From an uncultured Anaerolineaceae bacterium (GTDB lineage Bacteria > Planctomycetota > Phycisphaerae > FEN-1346 > JAACEH01): DNA of 64,000 nucleotides. The notes below the pieces were generated by a model. That model made no database searches. It saw nothing but the letters and a program-made list of their open reading frames with translations, and was not told where the DNA came from. Positions 18,928 through 28,358 of this stretch are shown piece by piece (the first letter of the stretch is position 1; the number at the start of each line of letters is the position of its first letter). A program made the position numbers and the translations under genes. The stretch is taken from NCBI GenBank assembly GCA_964500225.1, contig CAZCOA010000001.1, positions 15,978-79,977 on the forward strand, in the 5' to 3' direction.

Positions 18928-21480
18928 TTGGCGGACATTCAACAACTGAACAACAGCGATAACATCCAGGAATTGCACATCGAGGAGGAGTTGAAGGACT
19001 CGTACTTGACGTACGCGATGAGCGTCATCGTCAGCCGAGCCCTTCCGCGCGTGGAGGACGGGCTGAAGCCGTCGCAGCGCCGGATTCTGGTGGCAATGAA
19101 CGACCTGGGCCTGTCGTCGCGCGGGCGGTTTCGCAAGTGCGCGAAGATCGCCGGCGACACGAGCGGCAACTACCACCCCCACGGCGAAAGCGTGGTGTAC
19201 CCGACGCTGGTGCGGATGGCCCAGAGCTTCAACATGCGTTACCCGCTGGTGGACGGCCAGGGGAACTTCGGATCGATCGACGGGGATCCGGCGGCGGCCA
19301 TGCGGTACACGGAGGCCCGGCTGACGCGCATCACCGAGGCGATGCTGGACGATCTGAAGCTGGACACGGTGGACTTCACGCCGAACTACGACGAAACGAC
19401 GACCGAGCCGGAGATTCTGCCGGCGAAGTTTCCGAACCTGATCTGCAACGGCTCGCAGGGCATCGCGGTGGGGATGGCCACGAGCATTCCGCCGCACAAC
19501 CTCGTCGAGGTCTGCAATGCCATCAAGCACTTGATCGACCATCCGGACTGCACGGTGCGCGACCTGATGAAGTTCATCAAGGGACCGGATTTCCCGACGG
19601 GCGGCATCATCTGTGGGACCAAGGGGATCGTACAGGCCTACGAGACGGGCCGGGGCAATATCACGCTGCGCGCAAGGCTGCACACGGAGGAGGGTCGCGG
19701 CGGCAAGCAGAGCATTGTGGTGACGGAGATCCCCTACGGCTTGCTGAAGACGCGGATCATCGACCGCATCGCCGAGTGTGTGAAGGAGAACCTGATTCCG
19801 GGCATCGCCGACCTGCGCGACGAGAGCGACCGCGAGGGCATGCGCCTGGTGATCGAGACCAAGCGCGGCGAGGATACCAACGTCGTCATCAACCAGCTTT
19901 TCGAGTTCACGCCGCTTCAGTCGAACGTGTCGATCATCAACATTGCGCTGGTGAACAACCGACCGCGGACACTGACGCTGAAGGAGATGTTGTACTACTA
20001 TGTCGAGCACCGCAAGACGGTGATCCGTCGCCGGACGAACTTCCTGCTGGCTCAGGCTCGGCGTCGGGAGCACGTGCTGATCGGGTTGCTCTACGCGGTG
20101 GCGAACATCGACGAGATCATCGAGTTGATCAAGAAGAGCCCGGACGTGCCGACGGCCAAAGAGCGGCTGATGGCAAAGAAGTGGCCGTTCGCGTTCCAGA
20201 ACCTGACGGGAAAGAAATCGGACCCGAAGAACAAGTTGCTGCTGGAGGTGTTGGCCGAGCCGCTGCACTATACGAGCGGCCAGGCGGACGCCATCCTTGG
20301 GATGCAGTTGCAGCGTCTGACGGGTCTGGAGATCGAGAAGCTCCGCGACGAGTGGGCAACCGTGCGTGAGGAAATTGAAGGGTACGAGGCCATTTTGCGC
20401 GACGAGCGTCTGGTGCTGGACATCATCGTAACGGACCTGGACGAGATGTCGGAGAAGTTCGGCGACGCGCGTCGGAGCGACCTGACGAACGAGGTGGGCG
20501 ACTTCGACATCGAAGACCTGATCGCCGAAGAGAATGTCGTGGTGACGATCAGCCACGGCGGCTATATCAAGCGTACTCCGGTGACGAGCTATCGGCGCCA
20601 AGGTCGGGGCGGCCAGGGCGTGATCGGCAGCGACACCAAAGACAACGACTTCATCGAGTACCTGTTCGTGGCTTCGACGCACGATTACATTTTGTTCTTC
20701 TCGAACATGGGGCGGTGCTACTGGCTGAAGGTGTACGACATACCGCAGTTGTCGCGTCAGAGCCGCGGGCGGGCCTTGATCAACGTGCTCGAAATGCGCA
20801 AGGACGAGACGGTGGCGGGGATGATACCGGTGCGAGAGTTCGACGACCGGCACTTGATGATGGCGACGGCGGGCGGGACGGTGAAGAAGACGCCGTTGGA
20901 GGCGTACAGCCGGCCGAAACGAGGGGGGATCATCGCGATCAACCTGGAAGAGGGCGACCAGTTGATCGCATGCGAGTTGACGCACGGCAACGACGAAATC
21001 GTGGTGGGGACGCGGGACGGGTTGGCGATCCGATTCCACGAGAAGGAATGCCGGCCCATGGGTCGTGCGACGCAGGGCGTTCGGGGCATCAAGCTGCGCA
21101 AGGGCGACCGGGTGGTCGGCATGACAGTCGTCAACGACAGCGCGTCGCTGCTGACGGTGTGTGAGCAGGGCTACGGGAAGCGGACGGCTTTCAGCGAATA
21201 CCGCCTGCAGGGTCGGGGCGGCCAGGGGATCATCAACATCCGGGCGTCGGATCGCAACGGCAAGGTCATCGCGATGATGACGGTGCGTGACCAGGACGAC
21301 CTGGTGATGACGACGAGCCACGGGATGATTCAGCGGATCGCGGTGAAGGACTTGCGCATCATCGGCCGTGCGACGCAGGGCGTTCGGATCATCCGCCTGA
21401 AGGAGGGCGACAAGCTCCAGGCGGTGGCTCGCGTGGCGCCGGAGGAGGAAGGCAGCGACGAGAACGGACAGGATCAGTAG
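18928..21480 (+). CDS. gyrA: DNA gyrase subunit A
   Basis: TTG start. N-terminal topoisomerase IV/gyrase A domain with active-site region (AMSVIVSRALPRVEDGLKPSQRRIL...HPHGE). C-terminal beta-pinwheel repeats (QGRGGQG). Confidence 0.95.
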   Translation: MADIQQLNNSDNIQELHIEEELKDSYLTYAMSVIVSRALPRVEDGLKPSQRRILVAMNDLGLSSRGRFRKCAKIAGDTSGNYHPHGESVVYPTLVRMAQSFNMRYPLVDGQGNFGSIDGDPAAAMRYTEARLTRITEAMLDDLKLDTVDFTPNYDETTTEPEILPAKFPNLICNGSQGIAVGMATSIPPHNLVEVCNAIKHLIDHPDCTVRDLMKFIKGPDFPTGGIICGTKGIVQAYETGRGNITLRARLHTEEGRGGKQSIVVTEIPYGLLKTRIIDRIAECVKENLIPGIADLRDESDREGMRLVIETKRGEDTNVVINQLFEFTPLQSNVSIINIALVNNRPRTLTLKEMLYYYVEHRKTVIRRRTNFLLAQARRREHVLIGLLYAVANIDEIIELIKKSPDVPTAKERLMAKKWPFAFQNLTGKKSDPKNKLLLEVLAEPLHYTSGQADAILGMQLQRLTGLEIEKLRDEWATVREEIEGYEAILRDERLVLDIIVTDLDEMSEKFGDARRSDLTNEVGDFDIEDLIAEENVVVTISHGGYIKRTPVTSYRRQGRGGQGVIGSDTKDNDFIEYLFVASTHDYILFFSNMGRCYWLKVYDIPQLSRQSRGRALINVLEMRKDETVAGMIPVREFDDRHLMMATAGGTVKKTPLEAYSRPKRGGIIAINLEEGDQLIACELTHGNDEIVVGTRDGLAIRFHEKECRPMGRATQGVRGIKLRKGDRVVGMTVVNDSASLLTVCEQGYGKRTAFSEYRLQGRGGQGIINIRASDRNGKVIAMMTVRDQDDLVMTTSHGMIQRIAVKDLRIIGRATQGVRIIRLKEGDKLQAVARVAPEEEGSDENGQDQ

Positions 21481-21546
21481 GACGTCCCGTCGGAGCCGTC
21501 GCGGCGACGGCTCGGCGGCAATGACCATCAGTGAATCGGCGTCGCT

Positions 21547-22140
21547 ATGACCGAGCCAGAGGCAAGGACGGACGAGCAGTTGATGCGGGCCTGCGCAGCT
21601 GGCGATCTCGGGGCCTTCGAAATTCTGCTGGGCCGGTACGAGCGCCGTATTCTGAGCTATGCGTACCGTTTTCTGCACGACTGGGATGCGGCCCGCGACA
21701 TTTACCAACAGACGTTCCTGAACATTTTCCAGAAGCGTCGGCAGTACCGCGAGACGGCCCGTTTCTCCACCTACGCCTATCGGATCGCCCACAACCTGTG
21801 CCAGAACGAACTGCGCCGGGCCGAGTACCGCCGCACGACGAGCCTGGAGCGCGGCGTCAAGGTTGGAGACGAAGCGGCCGGTGCCGCGCAGTGGCTCAGC
21901 GACGGCGGCGACGGACCGCTGGAACCGCTGTCGCGTCAGGAACAGGACCGGCTGCTGCACGAGGCCGTCGCGGAGTTGGATCCGATGTACCGCGAGGTGA
22001 TTGCGCTGCGGATCTTCGAGGGTTTGGCGTTCAAGGAGATCGCCGAGATCGCGGGCGTCGGCGAGAGCACGATCAAGAGCCGCATGCGCTACGCTCTGGC
22101 GTATCTGGAACGTGCGCTTCGGGGGCGTGTGGAGCCGTAA
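21547..22140 (+). CDS. ECF-type RNA polymerase sigma factor
   Basis: Sigma regions 2 and 4 (FEGLAFKEIAEIAGVGESTIKSRMRYAL). No canonical anti-sigma downstream. Confidence 0.9.
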   Translation: MTEPEARTDEQLMRACAAGDLGAFEILLGRYERRILSYAYRFLHDWDAARDIYQQTFLNIFQKRRQYRETARFSTYAYRIAHNLCQNELRRAEYRRTTSLERGVKVGDEAAGAAQWLSDGGDGPLEPLSRQEQDRLLHEAVAELDPMYREVIALRIFEGLAFKEIAEIAGVGESTIKSRMRYALAYLERALRGRVEP

Positions 22141-22165
22141 TATCGTCACGAGCAAGGAGCCGCGG

Positions 22166-23971
22166 ATGGAACTCCGACTGAAGGATCGCCTGGGCCCGAT
22201 GGTGGCGGAGATGCTGGAGCGCTACGACGAGGGCCAGACATTCGACTGGGGGTACGCCCTGTGGCAGAGCGACCGGGAATCGGACTACACCGCATTCGCT
22301 CGGACGGCGCGGTACGCCGCGGGACAGTTGCGGGAGATCGGTGTGCAGGACGTCGAGATCGTGCCCTGCCCTGCCGACGGTCGGACGCGGATGCAGGCGT
22401 GGACCATGCCGCTGGCATGGGAAGCCGACGAGGCGACGTTGCGCCTCGTGGAACCGCAGAAGGAGTTGCTCTGCGATCGCAAGGCCGAACCGTTGTCGTG
22501 CTGCATGTGGTCCGAACCGACACCGCCGAACGGAATCCGCGGGCCGCTGGCCATCGTGGACGATCCGGAAACCGTGACGCCTGAGCAGCGCCGGAGGCTC
22601 CGCGGTTCCTTCATTCTGACGTCGTTGCCGGGCCGCGGTCCGATGAAGGTGTTCGCCCGGGAGGTCGGCGCGCCGGTGCTGATCAGTTCGCACGTATTCC
22701 ACAGCGACCGCCACCCGGACGCCCTGGGTTGGAGCAACGGCTGGTCCGATGCGGCCGACGGGTGGGCCCAGAAGGCTTCGGATTGCCGCATGACGGGATT
22801 CCAGGTCACAGCGTCCACGAGCCGGCGTTTGCGCGAGATGGCCGCCGCCGGCCGCGTGATGCTGGAGGCCAAGGTGACCGGGCGACTCGGCAAAGGAACG
22901 CTGCCAGTGGTCACGGGCGTTCTTCCGGGCGAGACCGATGAGGAGGTGCTGCTGGTCGGGCATCTGTACGAGGTGGGCGTGCTGGACAATGCGTCGGGGT
23001 GTGCGGCAATGATGGAGGCGATGCGTCTGATGGCCTCGATGCCTCGGCCGCGGCGCGGTGTGCGCATCCTGCTGACGAGCGAGTGCTACGGCACGTATGC
23101 GTTCTACACGATCCGTAACGAACTCCTGAGACGGACCGTAGCGGGGTTGAATCTGGATTGTGTGGGCGAAGCCGAGACGCCGGATCGGCCTGCTCAGTAC
23201 CATCGCACAAGCGAGGCGTCGCCTGCGGCAGTCGATACGCTGGTTCGGTGGGCGATGAAGCTGACCGAGAACGTCGAAGGCGTCTTGCCGGCCCGGGAGC
23301 TGGCGCACTCGCTGAGCGACAATGCCATGTGCGACCCGGCGGCCGGCGTGCCGACGGTCTGTTTCATGAAGGCGCCCTATCACTGGCACACCAATATGGA
23401 CGACTGGTCGTGCCTGGATCCGTCGGCGATGCGTCGGGCAACGGCGGCCGTGGCGGCCGCCATGCGTTGGCTGGCCGAGGCAGGTCCGGAGGACGGCAAC
23501 GCCCTGGCCGAGGCGACGGTGGCGGCGGCCTTGGCGGATTTCCCTGAGAACGGCGACCTGTCACCTGAGCGGCGGACGTTCTTCCTCGACCGCTGGCGAG
23601 CCCGCGCGCTGTGGACCGCCAAGCTCGGAGCCAGCGAGACGGAAGCCGTGGCGGCACGATTGCCGTCGCTGGATCTGGCATCGCTGGTGCGCCCCGAAGA
23701 CGGCGGTCAGGAGGAACGGAGCACGGTGCCGGTGCGGAAGTTCTGGGGCGCGCCGACGTTCGACAATGTGCCGCCGAAAGACCGCGACGGCTTCGAAGAC
23801 CCGCGGTGGCGGATACCTTACGTGACGGCTTGCTACTGGGCGGACGGCGTGCGTTCGGTCGCCGAAATTGCGGCACTGGTGCGGACCGAATTCAATCAAC
23901 CGATGGGCGACCTGTTGCGATTCTTCCGCGTCTTAGAGCGCGGCGGCATGGTCGAGCTGCACAAGAGGTAG
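22166..23971 (+). CDS. DUF4910/M28-aminopeptidase-like domain protein
   Basis: Internal ATG 22166 (aggag RBS) in ORF 22001..23971. Aminopeptidase-like core; family call from memory. No signal peptide. Confidence 0.55.
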   Translation: MELRLKDRLGPMVAEMLERYDEGQTFDWGYALWQSDRESDYTAFARTARYAAGQLREIGVQDVEIVPCPADGRTRMQAWTMPLAWEADEATLRLVEPQKELLCDRKAEPLSCCMWSEPTPPNGIRGPLAIVDDPETVTPEQRRRLRGSFILTSLPGRGPMKVFAREVGAPVLISSHVFHSDRHPDALGWSNGWSDAADGWAQKASDCRMTGFQVTASTSRRLREMAAAGRVMLEAKVTGRLGKGTLPVVTGVLPGETDEEVLLVGHLYEVGVLDNASGCAAMMEAMRLMASMPRPRRGVRILLTSECYGTYAFYTIRNELLRRTVAGLNLDCVGEAETPDRPAQYHRTSEASPAAVDTLVRWAMKLTENVEGVLPARELAHSLSDNAMCDPAAGVPTVCFMKAPYHWHTNMDDWSCLDPSAMRRATAAVAAAMRWLAEAGPEDGNALAEATVAAALADFPENGDLSPERRTFFLDRWRARALWTAKLGASETEAVAARLPSLDLASLVRPEDGGQEERSTVPVRKFWGAPTFDNVPPKDRDGFEDPRWRIPYVTACYWADGVRSVAEIAALVRTEFNQPMGDLLRFFRVLERGGMVELHKR

Positions 23972-23978
23972 CCGACGG

Positions 23979-25301
23979 CTACGCGGCCGACGGGGTATCG
24001 GCGACAGATAGTGTCCTCCGTGCGGCGCCGAGCAGGATCGTCAGCAAGACGGCCGCCAGACCGGCCAGGGCCGCGCCCGTGCTAAAGGCTACTATGGGGC
24101 CGAGACCGGGACGCACTCCTTCGCAGTATTTCCAGAGCAGGCCGAAGACCAAGCTGGCCGGCAGCGCAGCGATACCGACGGCACCGTGATAGATGCCGTA
24201 GGCGGTGCCCCGGAACCGGCTGGGTACAAAGTCGGCCACAAGGGCTTTCTCCGCACCCTCGGTCATTCCGTAATAGAACCCATAGATGCCCACCAAGAGC
24301 CAGAGGTGCCAGGCCGCGTCGGCCCGCGACAGGCCGAGGTACACCAGGGCATAGACCAGCCACCCGGCGACAATCACCGGCCGTCGCCCGATGCGATCCG
24401 ACAGGACGCCGCCGGGGATGCTGAAGACGACCTTCGACACGTGCAGCACCATCCATAGGGCCATAACTTCGAGAATGCTGAAACTGAAACTCGCCCGGGC
24501 ATAGTAGAGAAGAAAATAGTCGCTGCTGTTGCCGAGGGCGAACAGCGTGGCGATGGCGACGAACGCATAGAAGCGGCCGGGTAACCCGGCTGCAGACTTG
24601 TCTGCATCGCGCGACAGGGGTTCGGCCCTGGGCGTCATCTCGCGGACCTTCAGCACCAGCGCCGCCATGGCCAGGATGCCGGGAATCAGCGACACGGCGA
24701 ATAGCCACCGCAGGGCTCGCATTTCGTCGCCGGTGGCCTGTTCACCGTGGCCGCGCCACAGAATGTTGCCGAGCATGGCATAGAGAATCGCCACGGCAAC
24801 GACCGGGCCGATGATGGCGCCGATATGGTCCATGATACGGTGGAAGCTGAAGGCCAGGCCTCGGTGTTCGGCGCCGACGGAGTCGCCGATCAGGGCGTCG
24901 CGCGGACTGGTGCGGATGCCTTTGCCGACGCGGTCGGCGAACTTCAGCCCCAAAACGTGCCAGCCTGCCCCGGCCAGGCCCGTCAGCGGACGGCACAGCG
25001 ACGACAGCCCATAGCCGAGCACGACCAGGGCCTTGCGTTTGCCGAGGCGGTCGCTGATGCGTCCGGAGAAGATCTTGAGCAGGCTGGCCGTGGTTTCGGC
25101 AACGCCTTCCATCAGTCCGACGTACACGGCCGCCCAACCCACCGGAACCAGACCCGTGATGAAGATCGGCAACAGCGGATTCACCATCTCGCTGCCGGCG
25201 TCGGTCAGCAGGCTCACCAGACCCATGGCCAGGACGTTGCCGCGCACGGCGTCGCGCCAGGATCGTCCGGCGGACGGCACGGAATCGGACGGTTTGTCCA
25301 T
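23979..25301 (-). CDS. MFS transporter
   Basis: 12-TM organisation with an MFS motif between TM2/3 (GRISDRLGKRK). Confidence 0.85.
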   Translation of the reverse strand: MDKPSDSVPSAGRSWRDAVRGNVLAMGLVSLLTDAGSEMVNPLLPIFITGLVPVGWAAVYVGLMEGVAETTASLLKIFSGRISDRLGKRKALVVLGYGLSSLCRPLTGLAGAGWHVLGLKFADRVGKGIRTSPRDALIGDSVGAEHRGLAFSFHRIMDHIGAIIGPVVAVAILYAMLGNILWRGHGEQATGDEMRALRWLFAVSLIPGILAMAALVLKVREMTPRAEPLSRDADKSAAGLPGRFYAFVAIATLFALGNSSDYFLLYYARASFSFSILEVMALWMVLHVSKVVFSIPGGVLSDRIGRRPVIVAGWLVYALVYLGLSRADAAWHLWLLVGIYGFYYGMTEGAEKALVADFVPSRFRGTAYGIYHGAVGIAALPASLVFGLLWKYCEGVRPGLGPIVAFSTGAALAGLAAVLLTILLGAARRTLSVADTPSAA

Positions 25302-25325
25302 GCGTGTTCTCCTGCGGCCGAATCA

Positions 25326-27245
25326 TTACGACCGGTTGTTCAAGAACTGATTCAGCACCAGAAGCGAATAAAGTCGCGGACCATGGTCGGCGCGACGGCT
25401 CGTGTGCTCATCAATGTAGCGGTGCAGGACGGCGCCGTCAACCAGCCCCGATGCGGCCAAGGGCCCTCCAACGAGTTGTTCGCGCATCCAGGCCGCCTCG
25501 GGCCCGGCGAGCCAAGACGACACCGGCACGCCAAAGCCCATCTTCGGCCGAGCGAGAATCTCCGGCGGCAGCAGCCCCGCCGCCAGGCGTCGCAACAACG
25601 TCTTCTGCCGTCGCAAGCCCACGTGCCGGCCGAGCGGCAGCGAAAGCACCCGTTCGGCCAGAAGATGGTCCAGCAGCGGCGAACGCACCTCCAGGCCGTG
25701 GGCCATCGAGGCTCGGTCCACCTTGGTCAGCACGTCGCCGGGAAGGTAGGTGGCAACGTCCAAGGCCCTCACCTGTTCGGTGAACGGCAACGAGGCATCG
25801 CCGGAAAGGCACCATCGCATATAGCCCACCGCAGCGCGCACCGGATCGCCGGCATGGTCCACATTAGGTCCGGCAATCGCCCCCACATCCGCCTCATGGA
25901 ACGGCGAAACCCACCGCAGATAGCGTGTCAAGGGATCGGCGGCCAGGGCCTCAGCAAACCGCCGCAGTCGCGACCGGCGGCTCTTGAGATCATGCCCCCG
26001 CGGCACGGTCCTGCCGACGAACGTCAGAAGCGACCTCAGCGGACCGGCGCCGTCCAGATGCTGCGCCAGGGCGACCGCGCGATAGCGGTCGTAGCCGCCA
26101 AACAGTTCGTCGCCGCCGTCGCCCGAGAGGGCCACGGTCACGTGGCGTCGCGCCTCGCGGCAAAGCAGGTATGTCGGGATCGCCGACGCATCGGCAAACG
26201 GTTCACCAAACGCCCTCGCAAGGGTCGGAAGGAGTTCCCGCAGTGACGCCGGAGGGAGTTCCAGCCGCGTGTGCTCGGCACGGATATGGCGTGCGACGTG
26301 TTCGGCGAATTGAGACTCGTCGTAGCGGGCGTCGGGGAAGCTGACGGAGAACGTCCGCAGGGGCCGATCCGGGCACGCCTGCCTGGCCAGGGCCGCCACC
26401 AAGGACGAATCGAGTCCGCCGGACAGGAAGAAGCCTAAGGGTACGTCGGCCTCCAGGCACACAGCCACGGCGTCGCGCAGGGCCTCCGTCAGTGCAGTCT
26501 CGTCGGCGACGCCCGGGGGCTCGTCCCTGGCGTCCCGCGAGGGTACGGGGACGGTCCAGTATGGCGACGGCGCCAGCGCGTCCCACCCCGAGGCGTCCAG
26601 CGGTACGACCAGACGGCTCGCCGGCGGCAGTTTGCGAACACCGCGGTAGATCGTCCACGGCGACGGGACGTAACCGAGCACCAGGTAGAGGCCGATCGCC
26701 TCTCGGTCGAGGTCGCACGATACGCCGGGCACGGCCGCCAAAGCCGGCAACTCGGACGCGAAGGCCAGGCATCGGTCCGTCACTGCCCAATAGAGCGGCT
26801 TCTCTCCGAAGCGATCGCGAGCCAGCACAAGCCGCCCACCAGGACCGTCGTACAGTCCAAAGGCGAACATGCCGCGCAGACGCTCCAGCATAGCATCGCC
26901 GCACTCGGCGTAGAGCGGCAAGAGGACTTCCGTGTCGCTGTGGTCGCTGAGGAATCGCCGCGCGCGTGCCTGGAGTTCTCGTCGCAGGTCGCGATGGTTG
27001 TAGATTTCGCCGTTGAAGACAACCGCCCGCCTTGGGTGGTCCGGATCGGTCATCGGCTGGCGTCCGCCGGCTGCGTCGAGCACGACCAGCCGCGCGTGGG
27101 CCAGACCGCACGACGGCCGCTCGGGGTCGATCCATATGCGCTGCTCATCGGGACCGCGATGGGCCAGCGCGGCGGCCATGCGTCGCAATAGGCCGGCGTC
27201 CACTGGTGAACCGTCGCGAGTCATGAGGCCGGCGATGCCGCACAT
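25326..27245 (-). CDS. asnB: Asparagine synthase (glutamine-hydrolysing)
   Basis: Start MCGIAG (N-terminal Cys nucleophile) followed by the asparagine-synthase PP-loop (SGGLDSS). Confidence 0.9.
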   Translation of the reverse strand: MCGIAGLMTRDGSPVDAGLLRRMAAALAHRGPDEQRIWIDPERPSCGLAHARLVVLDAAGGRQPMTDPDHPRRAVVFNGEIYNHRDLRRELQARARRFLSDHSDTEVLLPLYAECGDAMLERLRGMFAFGLYDGPGGRLVLARDRFGEKPLYWAVTDRCLAFASELPALAAVPGVSCDLDREAIGLYLVLGYVPSPWTIYRGVRKLPPASRLVVPLDASGWDALAPSPYWTVPVPSRDARDEPPGVADETALTEALRDAVAVCLEADVPLGFFLSGGLDSSLVAALARQACPDRPLRTFSVSFPDARYDESQFAEHVARHIRAEHTRLELPPASLRELLPTLARAFGEPFADASAIPTYLLCREARRHVTVALSGDGGDELFGGYDRYRAVALAQHLDGAGPLRSLLTFVGRTVPRGHDLKSRRSRLRRFAEALAADPLTRYLRWVSPFHEADVGAIAGPNVDHAGDPVRAAVGYMRWCLSGDASLPFTEQVRALDVATYLPGDVLTKVDRASMAHGLEVRSPLLDHLLAERVLSLPLGRHVGLRRQKTLLRRLAAGLLPPEILARPKMGFGVPVSSWLAGPEAAWMREQLVGGPLAASGLVDGAVLHRYIDEHTSRRADHGPRLYSLLVLNQFLNNRS

Positions 27246-27264
27246 GGTCTTCCCCGGGTAAGCG

Positions 27265-28236
27265 TCACGAACGCGAGGTCGCTTCGGCCAGACGGCCGAA
27301 CTGGTACACGGAATGGCCCGCGTGCCGCAGGCGGCGTGCGATGACAGCGGCAAACGGGCTGCTCGCGACCATCAGGAACCCGATGCCCGTCAAGTGCCCC
27401 TCGTCGGCGGCCTCGACGGATTCGGGCAGATCCAGCGCCGCCATCAGCGGCGAGTACGATCGTCGGGGCTTGGTGCGGCGAACCTCGAACCGACCGGCCG
27501 TCAGGCGTTCCAGTGCTGCCGCAAGGCCGTCGGCCTCGACCGGCGTCATGGCGTGGACGACGCGCTTGACGTGGTACTGTCGCAGGACCTGCTGAAGGCT
27601 GCCGGCCAGGACGGGGGCGGGCCGCACCAGCGCATCGGCCGCCGTGTAGGCCAGGTCGCCCAAGGGCTTGTCGGGGTCGGCCGTCCGCAGCCTCTCTCGC
27701 ACAGGACCAAGCGTGTCGGGCCACAGGCGGTCGCTGCCGATCGCCAGCACCACATCGCCCGGCTCGAAGCGGCGAACGTCCATCATGCGGCTCTTTTCGA
27801 CGACGCCGGTCGCCGCGGCCATGACGGTCAGCGACTCGCCCCCGCCCTGCCCTGTCTGGGCAGGCGACAGCTCGTCGATGAACGCGCAGTCGGCCGCCAG
27901 ACACGCCTCGGCGATGCCGTCGGTCGTTCGTCGGGCGTCATCGCCCCGGCCGCCGCGGACGATGGCCTGAAGCATGAGCGGCTCCGCGCCTTCGGCGGCG
28001 ATGCGGTTGAGTGCCCTCGCCGCCACGTCGGCACCGAGCAGTTCGAACGCCCCGGCCCCCGCCCATCGCGCCACATCCTCGGCCTCGGCCGTCGCTGCCG
28101 CGGCAACCAGCACCGGGCGGCGATAGTTGCGACGGAACAACGTCTGCTCGTAGTCCAGCGACAGCCGGACCGCCAGCTCGTTTCCGCCCGGCAACACGCG
28201 CAACCCGTGGGTCCGCCTGGATCGTGGTGTGGTCAT
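27265..28236 (-). CDS. purM: PurM-like protein (phosphoribosylformylglycinamidine cyclo-ligase homolog, divergent N-terminus)
   Basis: The 3' 323 codons of the long track ORF. Blocks align to E. coli PurM (IAEACLAADCAF~IAEGCLQSGCSL, TGVVEKS, GDVVLAIGS). Immediately downstream of purF. Confidence 0.65.
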   Translation of the reverse strand: MTTPRSRRTHGLRVLPGGNELAVRLSLDYEQTLFRRNYRRPVLVAAAATAEAEDVARWAGAGAFELLGADVAARALNRIAAEGAEPLMLQAIVRGGRGDDARRTTDGIAEACLAADCAFIDELSPAQTGQGGGESLTVMAAATGVVEKSRMMDVRRFEPGDVVLAIGSDRLWPDTLGPVRERLRTADPDKPLGDLAYTAADALVRPAPVLAGSLQQVLRQYHVKRVVHAMTPVEADGLAAALERLTAGRFEVRRTKPRRSYSPLMAALDLPESVEAADEGHLTGIGFLMVASSPFAAVIARRLRHAGHSVYQFGRLAEATSRS

Positions 28237-28358
28237 ATCGGCCCTCTGTCGGCGATCGTCGGCGCTGAGAGAGTATAGACCGGCTGCGCGATGACGGCAA
28301 GCGGCATCCGGCAGCACTACGCGATACCGTGGAAGCTGTTTGCCGCCGCCACGCCCTT

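Noticed and set aside
21493-21513. Hairpin after gyrA as a terminator.
   Set aside because: 9-bp stem but no U-tract. It may be Rho-dependent or simply a GC palindrome, so it is not called.
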